DNA from: Candidatus Hydrogenedentota bacterium
GTDB lineage: Bacteria; Hydrogenedentota; Hydrogenedentia; Hydrogenedentales; SLHB01
Direction: 5' to 3'
DNA length: 44,058 bases
Assembly (NCBI GenBank): GCA_034408725.1
Contig: JAWXCN010000201.1
Coordinates: forward strand, 1 to 44,058
Below are positions 1 to 8,536 of this stretch, one piece after another. The notes below the pieces were generated by a model. That model saw only the letters and a program-made list of their open reading frames with translations. It had not been told where the DNA came from and did not search any database. A program made the position numbers and the translations under genes. Each line of letters starts with the position of its first letter. Position 1 is the stretch's first letter.

Positions 1-345
1 CGGGCGGCCGAACAACGGAAGATGACCGTAGCGGCCCATCAGCACAACATCAAGCGCAGTGGTCGGGAAATCCCAATCAACGGATTCGCGTTGCGGCACA
101 TACGCCACAAGCGTCCGGCCTTGCTTGGCCGGTTTGCCAAAAATCTCGACTTTGCCTGACGCAAGCGGCACGAGGCCCATAATCGCCTTGATGAGTGTGC
201 TTTTTCCCGCGCCATTGGGCCCACAGATGGCGATGAGATTTCCTTCGGGCAGTGTTACATCGATATCCCATAACACTGGACGGTGCCGGTACGCAACGGT
301 GACGTCATGCACCTCTATCGGCGCGGGCTTCTGGGCAGTTGACAT
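1..345 (-). CDS. Mn/Zn/Fe ABC transporter ATP-binding subunit (TroB/MntB-like), 3' part runs off the window
   Basis: Not in the ORF track; manual translation from the ATG at 345 gives MSTAQKPAPIEVHDVTVAYRHRPVLWDIDVTLPEGNLIAICGPNGAGKSTLIKAIMG...AYVPQRESVDWDFP, with a Walker A motif and the typical metal-ABC YVPQ motif. It lies directly after the substrate-binding gene. Confidence 0.92.
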   Translation of the reverse strand, partial: MSTAQKPAPIEVHDVTVAYRHRPVLWDIDVTLPEGNLIAICGPNGAGKSTLIKAIMGLVPLASGKVEIFGKPAKQGRTLVAYVPQRESVDWDFPTTALDVVLMGRYGHLPLFGRP

Positions 346-347
346 GT

Positions 348-1286
348 TTACGACAAGGCTTTCACGATGGTGCCGGTGTTGTGGCGAACCATCCCCACGT
401 ACGTGCCCTCCGGTGTACCGTCGGCCCCGAGGGCGTCGCTGAAGAGCTCACCACCAATTTTTACCGTGCCGCCTTTACCCTCGACACCGCGCACAAGCGC
501 CTCGATGGATTTTGGCGAGATCGAGGATTCAACGAACACTGCTTTGATCTTTCGCTCTACAATCAGATCAACCAGCCGCGACAAGTCCTGCGCGCCATAT
601 TCCGCGGCGGTGCTGATCCCTTGCAACCCCATCACCTCGACCCCATACGCAGCGCCGAAATACCCGAATGCGTCGTGGGCCGTCACCAGTACGCGCTGTT
701 CGGCAGGGATGGTGGCGACACGCTCGCGCACATAGGTATCCAATTCAGAGAGCGATTCCAAATACTTCACCGCGTTTTGTTCATAGTCCGCCTTGTGCGC
801 GGGGTCCGCTTCGATAAGTGCGTCTCGAATACGCTCGGCTGAATATTTCCAAAGCGACACATCGAACCACACATGCGGATCATGATGTCCCTGGAACTCA
901 GGAGGATCGCGGAGAAGGTCTTCGGGAATCGTTTCGGTCACCTGCACTGTCGCAACGTCTCGCGCCATCTTCACAAGCACGTCGGCCATCTTACCTTCCA
1001 GATGCAGCCCGTTGTAGAGAATTAGGTCCGCCCCCGAAAGTTTCTCTAGATCGCCGTGTGTAGCTTTGTACAAATGCGGATCAACGCCGGGACCCATCAA
1101 ACCGGTTACGTTGACATGCGCGCCGCCAATGCTCCTGGCTACGTCGCTGATCATCCCGATGGTGCACGTCACCTTCAAAGGCCCAGTCCTGTCGGCTGGC
1201 GCTCCTGCTTGAGACTTTGCGTTGCCACACCCCGCGTTCAAAAGCGCCGCGCACGCCAGTGCGCAGAGGAAAATTCGGCTGTTCAT
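348..1286 (-). CDS. Metal ABC transporter substrate-binding lipoprotein (TroA/MntA, cluster A-I)
   Basis: Lipobox LNAGC; metal-ligand motifs GVDPHLY, DPHVWFD, TAHDAFGYF and LFSDALG. Confidence 0.95.
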   Translation of the reverse strand: MNSRIFLCALACAALLNAGCGNAKSQAGAPADRTGPLKVTCTIGMISDVARSIGGAHVNVTGLMGPGVDPHLYKATHGDLEKLSGADLILYNGLHLEGKMADVLVKMARDVATVQVTETIPEDLLRDPPEFQGHHDPHVWFDVSLWKYSAERIRDALIEADPAHKADYEQNAVKYLESLSELDTYVRERVATIPAEQRVLVTAHDAFGYFGAAYGVEVMGLQGISTAAEYGAQDLSRLVDLIVERKIKAVFVESSISPKSIEALVRGVEGKGGTVKIGGELFSDALGADGTPEGTYVGMVRHNTGTIVKALS

Positions 1287-1726
1287 TCGTCTGTATTGCC
1301 TTCCTGCCAGGATTGAGAAGTTATTCCATGATCGTCGAGGTACCGCGCAAACGCGGTGAGCCTGTCGTACACTTCCGCATCAAGCACATGCTCGATACGG
1401 CACGCATTCTGATCGGCGCGTTGTGCATCCACGCCCAGCACGATTTCAAGAAAACGCGCCAAAAACTGGTGTCGCGCTTCGACACTTCGCCCAATATCTT
1501 CTCCCGCCTTCGTGAGCGTGACATACGAATAGGGATCGTAGTTCACCAGTCCGGATGCGCTCAGCTGCTTTAGCGCAGTCGTGACCGAGGATTTACTCAC
1601 CCCCAGCGCCTCGGCAATCTCCTTTGATCGCGCAACCTGCCGCCGCGTCGTAATGCGGAAAATAGCTTCGAGGTAGTCTTCCGCGCTGGCACTGACGGGC
1701 GACTCTTCCGAGGAATGCCCCTGCAT
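1283..1726 (-). CDS. DtxR/MntR family metal-dependent transcriptional repressor (two-domain, no C-terminal SH3/FeoA domain)
   Basis: EDYLEAI, HTH IAEALGVSKSSVTTALKQL, RH...FL and ACRIEH metal sites; overlaps the troA-like gene by 4 nt. Confidence 0.93.
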   Translation of the reverse strand: MQGHSSEESPVSASAEDYLEAIFRITTRRQVARSKEIAEALGVSKSSVTTALKQLSASGLVNYDPYSYVTLTKAGEDIGRSVEARHQFLARFLEIVLGVDAQRADQNACRIEHVLDAEVYDRLTAFARYLDDHGITSQSWQEGNTDE

Positions 1727-1752
1727 TTTTTGGATACCTCCAAAGCGACTAC

Positions 1753-1797
1753 TTAGACAACTCGTAAATTGTACGTTATTTCTAACTTTTAAGTCAA
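1753..1797 (-). promoter_or_regulatory. Sigma70-type promoter (TTGACT-N18-TACAAT) flanked and overlapped by two imperfect TTAG-N7-CTAA boxes (candidate DtxR/MntR operator)
   Basis: Minus-strand -35 at 1797-1792 and -10 at 1773-1768; boxes ttagacaactcgtaa (1753-1767) and gtacgttatttctaa (1771-1785). Confidence 0.55.
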
Positions 1798-1919
1798 TGG
1801 GGAATTTAGATCTGTTGTAAGTTATTTATGCTAAGTAGCTTAGAGAAACAATGGGGGTGGGGTTTGTTTCTCGATCTGGAGACAATAAAAAGGCTTAACA
1901 TCGCCGCATTATTCAGCAT

Positions 1920-1948
1920 TTGCGATGCAACTATTCACGTGGTAGAAT
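1920..1948 (+). promoter_or_regulatory. Sigma70-type promoter TTGCGA-N17-TAGAAT with extended -10 (TG), no convincing downstream CDS
   Basis: ttgcga at 1920-1925, tg at 1940-1941, tagaat at 1943-1948. Confidence 0.45.
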
Positions 1949-1950
1949 TT

Positions 1951-2315
1951 ACACGCAGGTGAGGCGTACGGACCGACTTACCGAGCAGTTGATTCGTATT
2001 GCGTGGCCAGAGCCTGTGCAGGTAGACAGTAGTCGACCCCGACGACTACTGTCTCTTTTTTTCGTTCCGCCTCACCTACGCGCAGATAGACAGCTCTTTC
2101 CCGATTCGGATACCCCCGATAGGTACCTTTTCGACGGCATGACCATCCCCGATTGGCGGTCATGCCCGATTCAGAGTCAGCGGAGAGACGAGTCCCTGAA
2201 GCTTTCTGGCTGCAGTTACTCTTGGGGAAGGAGTGACTTGAGGTAGACTTGTATACAACCTCAGAGACTCGCCTCTCCAGCCTGAGCAAGACTCGTGTCG
2301 TCCTGTTCGACACGA
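1951..2315 (-). ncRNA. Candidate structured RNA (unassigned family) or structured 3' extension of the sigma/anti-sigma transcript
   Basis: Stems 2278-2257/2203-2182 (22 bp, 4 G-U) and 2083-2068/1966-1951 (16 bp, 3 G-U), plus hairpins at 2024-2054, 2136-2166 and 2293-2315. Confidence 0.5.
2024..2062 (+). terminator. Intrinsic terminator-like hairpin
   Basis: Perfect 12-bp stem agacagtagtcg/cgactactgtct followed by cttttttt. Confidence 0.6.
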
Positions 2316-2316
2316 T

Positions 2317-3609
2317 TTAAGACCCTTCAACGACCAATGCCTTGACTTGCACATCATCGATCTCGATACGGCCCGACTTGTAATCCGGCACCAGCCGAAT
2401 CTCAAGTGTTTCCATACCGACAATGGGCTTGTCAGGCACGATTTCCAACGAGCTCACGCCCGGATTTGAGAACTGGCTCCCTTCGATCCGGCGGTGAAAT
2501 ATTGGCAGATCATTGTCGCCCGACACATAAAGGTCGTAGCTGCAATGTCCGGTCAGAAATTGGTCTGGCTGCCAGTACAACCGTATTGCCGTGACTTCCT
2601 GCGTGTACGGGCTGACCATGTAAACCTGCCGCGAAGGCAATTCACCCGAAGGCGAACGCGATTGCAGACGCCGGCTAAACAACTTCTCCGCTTCCGAGTC
2701 TGGCATAATCCGGCGCGCCCACGAATGCTCCTGGCGGGAATTCACGAGCGCGGGCTCGGTCAATTCGCCGGCGGACTTTGCAACGACCTGTTGGCCACCT
2801 TCAACCTGCCGGAATTCATCGCCTTCCGTGACTTGCACTTCGCCACGTTCGACCGTTACCTGTGTTTCGTTGTTGATGTGCGAAACACTGAACACCGTGC
2901 CGAAAACAGTGACTTGGCCCCGCGGCGTATGAATTTTGAACAGTCGCCCGTCACGACCAACATCAAGCCAGATGCGCCCGTAGTCCAACATGACGCTGCG
3001 CGCATCTTCGACACGGACGCGGGAGTTTTCGCCGATCTTCAATGAAGTCGGCCCGGTCAACGACAACATGATCCCGCTGCCGGATCTGGTTTCCAATTGA
3101 TCCCCACGCAGGACGAATTCACTCAAGCCAGCCGGCTCGCCGCTGGGCGCGTCTTTGGGTGCGTGTACCGTGACGCCCGACGCCGCGGTCACGACGCCAA
3201 TCGACATCGCGACGAGCGGCTCCGGCGTTTCGGGCAGGCTGTATCGCAGGACCAGCGTGACAAACAAAAGAATCGCGATCGCCGCCACAGGCATCAACCG
3301 TCCAACGCGCCCCCACAACGAAATGGGGTGTTTGGCCCGTTCGTTGATGAGATCGACTACGGAGTCGTGAATACGCACCGATTCGATTTCAGGCAGGTGC
3401 GCAACGATCCGGTACCGTAACGAATGCGTGAGGCGTTCGCCCGAGTACGCCGAGAACAGCATCGCGTTGGCCCGCTGTTGCGCACGCAAGGAATCCTTGC
3501 AGATAGGGCACTCATCGACATGCTGCTCGAATATAGCGCGCTCCGACGCGCCGACTTCGCCGTCGATATATGCCTGAAGGCTATTCTCTATTTGCGTACA
3601 CGAAACCAA
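2317..3609 (-). CDS. Transmembrane anti-sigma factor: N-terminal zinc-binding (zf-HC2/ZAS) domain, TM helix, FecR domain
   Basis: C...LQAYIDGE...HVDECPIC (HxxxCxxC); TM segment LMPVAAIAILLFVTLVL; FecR motifs FKIHTPRGQVTVFGTVFSV and VTVERGEVQV; overlaps the ECF sigma gene. Confidence 0.9.
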   Translation of the reverse strand: MVSCTQIENSLQAYIDGEVGASERAIFEQHVDECPICKDSLRAQQRANAMLFSAYSGERLTHSLRYRIVAHLPEIESVRIHDSVVDLINERAKHPISLWGRVGRLMPVAAIAILLFVTLVLRYSLPETPEPLVAMSIGVVTAASGVTVHAPKDAPSGEPAGLSEFVLRGDQLETRSGSGIMLSLTGPTSLKIGENSRVRVEDARSVMLDYGRIWLDVGRDGRLFKIHTPRGQVTVFGTVFSVSHINNETQVTVERGEVQVTEGDEFRQVEGGQQVVAKSAGELTEPALVNSRQEHSWARRIMPDSEAEKLFSRRLQSRSPSGELPSRQVYMVSPYTQEVTAIRLYWQPDQFLTGHCSYDLYVSGDNDLPIFHRRIEGSQFSNPGVSSLEIVPDKPIVGMETLEIRLVPDYKSGRIEIDDVQVKALVVEGS

Positions 3610-4175
3610 TTTGACTCACCTTTGCCTTCGTCTTGCAGCGAATCGCGTAACTTCCGGACCGCTTGTTGTAAAATTCCTCGAATTTCCTCTTGGGATTCCC
3701 CGGTGAACTCGCTAATTTCTTCATAGCTAAGCTCTTGAAGGAACCGCAACACAACCGGTAACCGGTACCGTTCCGGCAAGGTGTCCACCGCGCGTTGAAT
3801 GCGATCGTACAACTCCGTTCGCTCGGCATCGCTTGCTGGTCCCTGCCTGTGATCTTCAATTGATATGGGCCGCTTATAAGGAAGCGGCGTTTCACTGTTC
3901 AGTCGCTTTGCGTGCTTGCGAAGCCAGTTCGCCGCGGTGCGGCTGGTGATTTCGCGTAACCAGGGTCCAAAACTGTGCGGATCGTTCAGTCGCCGAAGGT
4001 TCCGGTACGCCTGAAAAAAAGCGTCCTGCGCGACATCCTCCGCTGCGCCGTGCCGCCCCACATAATAGTATGCAGTGGCGAATACGGCCCCTTGATAGTG
4101 TTCCACCAACCGGCCGAATGCGTCGGTGTCCCCGTCCAAACACAGGTACACCAGCTGTGCGTCTTCAAACTGCAT
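3588..4175 (-). CDS. ECF-subfamily RNA polymerase sigma factor
   Basis: D..LV...LDGDTDAFGRLVEHYQ, AEDVAQDAF, FGPWLREI, and region 4 LPERYRLPVVLRFLQELSYEEIS. Confidence 0.95.
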   Translation of the reverse strand: MQFEDAQLVYLCLDGDTDAFGRLVEHYQGAVFATAYYYVGRHGAAEDVAQDAFFQAYRNLRRLNDPHSFGPWLREITSRTAANWLRKHAKRLNSETPLPYKRPISIEDHRQGPASDAERTELYDRIQRAVDTLPERYRLPVVLRFLQELSYEEISEFTGESQEEIRGILQQAVRKLRDSLQDEGKGESNWFRVRK

Positions 4176-4262
4176 AGCAGGGTCAGTTCATGTTTGTCCG
4201 TTGAATTCCGAGTCCGAGCGTCTTAAACTGTTCGTCATGAAGTAACGTTTTCCGTGAAGCAA

Positions 4263-4278
4263 GGCATGAATCGCGCCA
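4263..4278 (-). promoter_or_regulatory. Candidate sigma54 (-24/-12) promoter for the ECF operon
   Basis: Minus strand reads TGGCGCG-ATTC-ATGC (GG-N10-GC); an inverted repeat lies about 90-120 bp upstream (4366-4399) with an AT-rich tract in between. Confidence 0.5.
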
Positions 4279-4407
4279 ATATGGAACATAATTCAGGCTG
4301 AAATGAATTTTTATTTCAAATGTGATTCAGGTATCCTATTAGCCACCATACCACTGCTAGGTGTAGCAAACGACAATTACGTAAGGGATTGTCGTTAGCA
4401 CGGTAGA

Positions 4408-5232
4408 ATGAAGCTGAGACATGAGGGCATGCCGCAGTGGATCGGAGGACATCTGAATCAGATTTCAGTCGTAATTCCCGCTTACAATGAAGAGCAGTTT
4501 CTGCCTGCCACCATCGCGTCAATTCGGCGCGCCGAAGCCCATCTGGGTAAGCCCGTGGAGATTGTAGTCGCGGACAATATGAGCACCGACTGCACCGCAA
4601 GCGTTGCGCTGTCGTTGGGCGCTCGTGTCGTGCCTGTGGAGGTCCGGTGCATCTCAACCGTGCGCAACCGGGGCGCTGCGGCTGCCACCGGCGACTATCT
4701 GGTTTTCGTAGACGCCGACGACCACATGTCGGAGAATTTGCTTTCCGAGGTCCGCCGCACGCTCGATAGCGGCCGCTATATTGGAGGTGGAGTCGCACGC
4801 ACGCGGTACGACCGGGACAGCCTGGGAATACGTTTTACACATGGCTTGGTCCAAACCGCCCTGTCCTTTACCGGCCTCTCAATGTTTCTCTTTTACACCT
4901 CCGCCGAAAACTTTGCCGCGATGCATGGATTCGACGAAACGCTGTTATGCACCGAAGATTATGATTTCGCCAGACGGCTCCGCGTGCTGGCCCGCAAACG
5001 GGGTCTCCGCTATAAAAATATGCGGTCGGCCCACCTCGTAAAGTCGGCCCGCAAATTTGGTGAATTTGGCGACTGGGCGTTCCTGCGAAAGCCAATCCTT
5101 TCCATTCGGGCGGCGATGAACGACGGTGACGCGGCATATGAGCTTTGGTACAAACCCCGCCGCGACAATTCTGGAATTGGATTCGACCAATTGCGGTCTG
5201 AATCCTCCGTGGTTTGCACGGACGACGCTTAG
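4408..5232 (+). CDS. Glycosyltransferase family 2 (start may be at 4429)
   Basis: ISVVIPAYNEE, VADNMSTDCT, RNRGA, FVDAD (DxD), GFDE..TEDYDF. Confidence 0.92.
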   Translation: MKLRHEGMPQWIGGHLNQISVVIPAYNEEQFLPATIASIRRAEAHLGKPVEIVVADNMSTDCTASVALSLGARVVPVEVRCISTVRNRGAAAATGDYLVFVDADDHMSENLLSEVRRTLDSGRYIGGGVARTRYDRDSLGIRFTHGLVQTALSFTGLSMFLFYTSAENFAAMHGFDETLLCTEDYDFARRLRVLARKRGLRYKNMRSAHLVKSARKFGEFGDWAFLRKPILSIRAAMNDGDAAYELWYKPRRDNSGIGFDQLRSESSVVCTDDA

Positions 5233-5294
5233 ATTTGCGTTTGTCTCGATTTAGTGCTGGTCCGGTTGGCGCTTCAATTCGTTCCGCGCGCGGA

Positions 5295-6296
5295 TTAAGA
5301 ATCAAGCGGCCAAGCCGAATACAATAAAGCCTCACCCGCGCCTGCGATTGTAATTGATTTTTCATCGGCAGATATCAAACCACATGATCCGGGTTCAATT
5401 ATTGTTTTCCCTGTTCCGCATGAAACACCTAATGTGCAATTTATGGAAAACAGGATTAGAAACTGTCCCGGTTTTTCGACTTCACATTCTCCATGAATAC
5501 ACAAATGCGTCGTGACGAAATAGTCTGATAGTGAGAGGACTTTCGTACTGGTAATCTTTATTTCCCTATTTTTATGTCCAGAAGCCTCACGCCACGCTGG
5601 AAAAGCGGCGAGATTCGTTGCGCGAAGGCCTTTTTCAATATGAAGCTCCCTCCTTTTACCATTAGCATCACAACGGTTCCAATCGTAAAGACGATAGGTG
5701 AGATCGCTGTTTTGCTGAATTTCAGCGAGGAGGATTCCGCCCCCGATTGCATGTACTGTTCCTGCTTCGACAAGAACCGAATCGCCGGCGGCGACGTCCC
5801 GGCGAACGAGAAAATTCTCTAAGGTCCCTCTTGTAATGGCATCTTTGATTTTTTCCCCGGTTGCCCCTGGCTCAATTCCCACGAAAAGTTGTGACCCGGG
5901 TTCAGCATGAATGACATACCACATTTCGGTTTTGCCGACGTCTGGTTCTTGCGAGGCTATTGCGGTTTCGTCATCGGGATGAACCTGAACGGAGAGGGGC
6001 TCATTCGCGTCTAATATCTTTAACAGCAGCGGGAAGCGGCCACCCGGAGTAAGACGTTCTATCGAACCCAGCAGTGATACCGGGTCTTCCACCACCAAAT
6101 CGTGCAATGTCCGCCCTGCGTGAGGACCATCCCGCACAACGCTTGGCGCGGACGGGTGATCGGAAATAAGCCAAGCTTCACCGATAGGGCGATCCTTGGG
6201 AGTGGGCTTTCCGTAGAGCGTGCTGAGCCGTTGACCACCCCAGATGCGTTCAAAGAACTGCTCGTGAAATCGCAAAATCCCAAATGGAGTGGTCAT
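5295..6296 (-). CDS. manA: Mannose-6-phosphate isomerase, class I
   Basis: RIWGG, IGEAW, FPLLLKILDA, LSVQVHPDD, GKTEMWY, GTVHAIG, EIQQNSDLTYRLYDW. Confidence 0.93.
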   Translation of the reverse strand: MTTPFGILRFHEQFFERIWGGQRLSTLYGKPTPKDRPIGEAWLISDHPSAPSVVRDGPHAGRTLHDLVVEDPVSLLGSIERLTPGGRFPLLLKILDANEPLSVQVHPDDETAIASQEPDVGKTEMWYVIHAEPGSQLFVGIEPGATGEKIKDAITRGTLENFLVRRDVAAGDSVLVEAGTVHAIGGGILLAEIQQNSDLTYRLYDWNRCDANGKRRELHIEKGLRATNLAAFPAWREASGHKNREIKITSTKVLSLSDYFVTTHLCIHGECEVEKPGQFLILFSINCTLGVSCGTGKTIIEPGSCGLISADEKSITIAGAGEALLYSAWPLDS

Positions 6297-6349
6297 CTGA
6301 TTTGTCTAATTCCTGCCGAGAGCGGACAGAGTCATGGCTAGCAGTACGT

Positions 6350-7312
6350 TCATGCTGAATATGAGTAAACACCATTCTCGCGATTGGCGCAAGCCTCTCC
6401 CCTCTTCTCGAGTACATCCAAATGCCCAATGGCCGTTGACAATGCGAGGTAGGTGTGTTCAGGAGGGAGTTGAGGAAACAAGGTCAGCGAAACCTGATGC
6501 GGAGTCGCTGGCGTTTCCCGAATCCGATCGAGCACCTTCTGGGTGCGCCGATCGTGGCGCGCGAGGATACGCTCAATGACCTCTCCAGGGTCCGTAATAA
6601 CAGATCCATGTCCCGGATACATCGTAACCAGGTCAAGTAGCCGTGTCCGCTGAAGCGATTGTTCATACTCCAGCAGGCTTTTCACGCGCTTGCCGGTGGC
6701 ATAGTCCCGCCGAATGAGCGGGGTCGGGTTCACGCCTTTGAGCACGTGGTCCCCGGTGATCGCGTTCCGGTTCTGGCCATCGACAAAAAGCGTGTCGGAC
6801 GACGAATGGCCCGGCACATGCAGCACCTCAAAACCAAAGATGGTCTCCCCCTCGCGCAACACGTGGTCAATCTTTGGCGTACCGGCCATTCCCTTGAAGG
6901 ATTCCCGGGCGCGTGAGGTTAGCTCGATTATTTCCTGTGGAACGCCGAACTCGTGAAATACGTTTAACAGAAACGCGCGGGATTTCTGCTCCGCCTCGTG
7001 GAGATCGCCGACATGCGGCGCGACGGACTCGTGGGCATACGACTTCGCCCCTGACTCGTCAATGAGCCGCGCGAGTTGGCCTATATGATCTATATGCCCG
7101 TGCGTGACAAGAATCGCTTCGACATCCCGAAGCGCGATTCCACAAGCCGCCAGTCCCGCAGTCAACGCATCAAAGCTTTCCTCGGTCCCCACTCCGGTGT
7201 CGACGAGCAAAACCGGATCACGTTTGACCAGAAAAGCGTTGACGGGCCCAACGATAAATGGCGTGGGTAGCGCGATGGGGAAAATGCCGGTTGCCAACGA
7301 AACGTCATTCAC
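6350..7312 (-). CDS. MBL-fold metallo-hydrolase
   Basis: LVDTG, THGHIDHIG (HxHxDH), PGHS, GDHVL, PGHG. Confidence 0.92.
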   Translation of the reverse strand: MNDVSLATGIFPIALPTPFIVGPVNAFLVKRDPVLLVDTGVGTEESFDALTAGLAACGIALRDVEAILVTHGHIDHIGQLARLIDESGAKSYAHESVAPHVGDLHEAEQKSRAFLLNVFHEFGVPQEIIELTSRARESFKGMAGTPKIDHVLREGETIFGFEVLHVPGHSSSDTLFVDGQNRNAITGDHVLKGVNPTPLIRRDYATGKRVKSLLEYEQSLQRTRLLDLVTMYPGHGSVITDPGEVIERILARHDRRTQKVLDRIRETPATPHQVSLTLFPQLPPEHTYLALSTAIGHLDVLEKRGEACANRENGVYSYSA

Positions 7313-7348
7313 GGCAGCAAGGCGGCCTTGCCGGCTTCACGGTCCGGA

Positions 7349-8524
7349 TTAGCGCGCATTGATCGCCGCGACATACCCGTCGAAATTGCGTTTCATTTCC
7401 GCCACGGTGTCGCCCCCGAACTTCTCGATATAAAATTCCGCCAACACGAGCGCCAGCGCGGATTCGACAATAATCGCCAACGCGGGCACGGCGCAGGTAT
7501 CGCTGCGTTCCAGCACGGCAAGGGCAGGCTCGAGCGTTTCGATATTCACCGTGCGCAAAGGTTTCATCAGCGTCGAGATCGGCTTTTTCATGACTCGGAT
7601 GACGAGTTCTTCGCCCGTCGACATACTGCCCTCGGTTCCGCCGAGGTTATTCGACAACCGCCGGTACTTCCCTGCCGCGCCGCCTTTGTTGCCCCGGACA
7701 ATTTCATCGTGGAATTTGCTGCCCACGCGCCCCGCGCCGCGGAATCCGATACCGATTTCGATCCCTTTCACCGCTTGAATGCTCATCATCGCGTGCGCGA
7801 TGCGCGCGTCAAGTTTCCGGTCCCATTGCGTAAAAGTCCCGATGCCCGCGGTCAGGCCCCACGCGCGCGCTTCCACAATACCGCCGACGGAATCTTTGTC
7901 CTGCTTGCATTTCTTAATGACGCTCACCATGTCCGCACCGGCGTCCTTGTCGCAACAACGCACCGGCGATTTCATGGAGAGCTTACGAATGTCCGTCGAG
8001 GCGATTTTGTCTGTCTTGGCGATTACTGGACCGATCTGGATGACGTGGCTCGCCAAGTCCACGCCAAATTCCGCGAGTAGTTTACGGCATAACGCGCCGG
8101 CCGCGACCCTGCCCGCTGTCTCGCGCGCGGAGGCGCGCTCCAGAATATTGCGGCAGTCGTCCTGCTCATACTTCATCGCGCCCACGAGGTCCGCGTGACC
8201 TGGCCGCGGTTGCACGACTTTCACTGCGCGCGGCCCGCTCGAGGGTTTCCACGGGTCCATTGCGTCGGTCCAGTTTTTGAAGTCCCTGTTCCACACGCCC
8301 ATCAGAATCGGGCCGCCCAGCGTAATGCCGCCGCGCATTCCGGCGAGGATATCGACCTCGTCCTTCTCGATGCGTTGCCGGCCACCGCGCCCGTAGCCCT
8401 TTTGGCGTTCCGCGAGCCAAAAATTAATATCGTCGGGCTTTAGCCGGAGCCCGGCGGGGATTCCATCAAGGATGCAGAATACGCCCCGTCCGTGGGACTC
8501 GCCGGCGGTAAGATAACGAAGCAC
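7349..8524 (-). CDS. aroC: Chorismate synthase
   Basis: TAGESHG, RQKGYGRGGR, PRPGHAD, ERASARETA, MKKPISTL, ERSD; GTG start. Confidence 0.98.
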   Translation of the reverse strand: MLRYLTAGESHGRGVFCILDGIPAGLRLKPDDINFWLAERQKGYGRGGRQRIEKDEVDILAGMRGGITLGGPILMGVWNRDFKNWTDAMDPWKPSSGPRAVKVVQPRPGHADLVGAMKYEQDDCRNILERASARETAGRVAAGALCRKLLAEFGVDLASHVIQIGPVIAKTDKIASTDIRKLSMKSPVRCCDKDAGADMVSVIKKCKQDKDSVGGIVEARAWGLTAGIGTFTQWDRKLDARIAHAMMSIQAVKGIEIGIGFRGAGRVGSKFHDEIVRGNKGGAAGKYRRLSNNLGGTEGSMSTGEELVIRVMKKPISTLMKPLRTVNIETLEPALAVLERSDTCAVPALAIIVESALALVLAEFYIEKFGGDTVAEMKRNFDGYVAAINAR

Positions 8525-8536
8525 GGGAAAAATTCC

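Noticed and set aside
2165-2285. Resemblance to SAM-I or glycine riboswitch (GGAGAGAC...GAAG)
   Set aside because: Core consensus elements are missing, the G-U pattern of the long stem favours the opposite strand, and there is no downstream plus-strand gene.
1978-2313. 111-aa minus-strand ORF after the anti-sigma gene (and the 108-aa plus-strand ORF at 1920..2246)
   Set aside because: No recognisable motif, weak start context, and it coincides with dense RNA-like stems; not excluded but unsupported.
1920-2315. Type I toxin-antitoxin interpretation of the sense/antisense pair
   Set aside because: The ATG-initiated minus-strand peptides here (e.g. MVMPSKRYLSGVSESGKSCLSARR) are not hydrophobic toxin-like.
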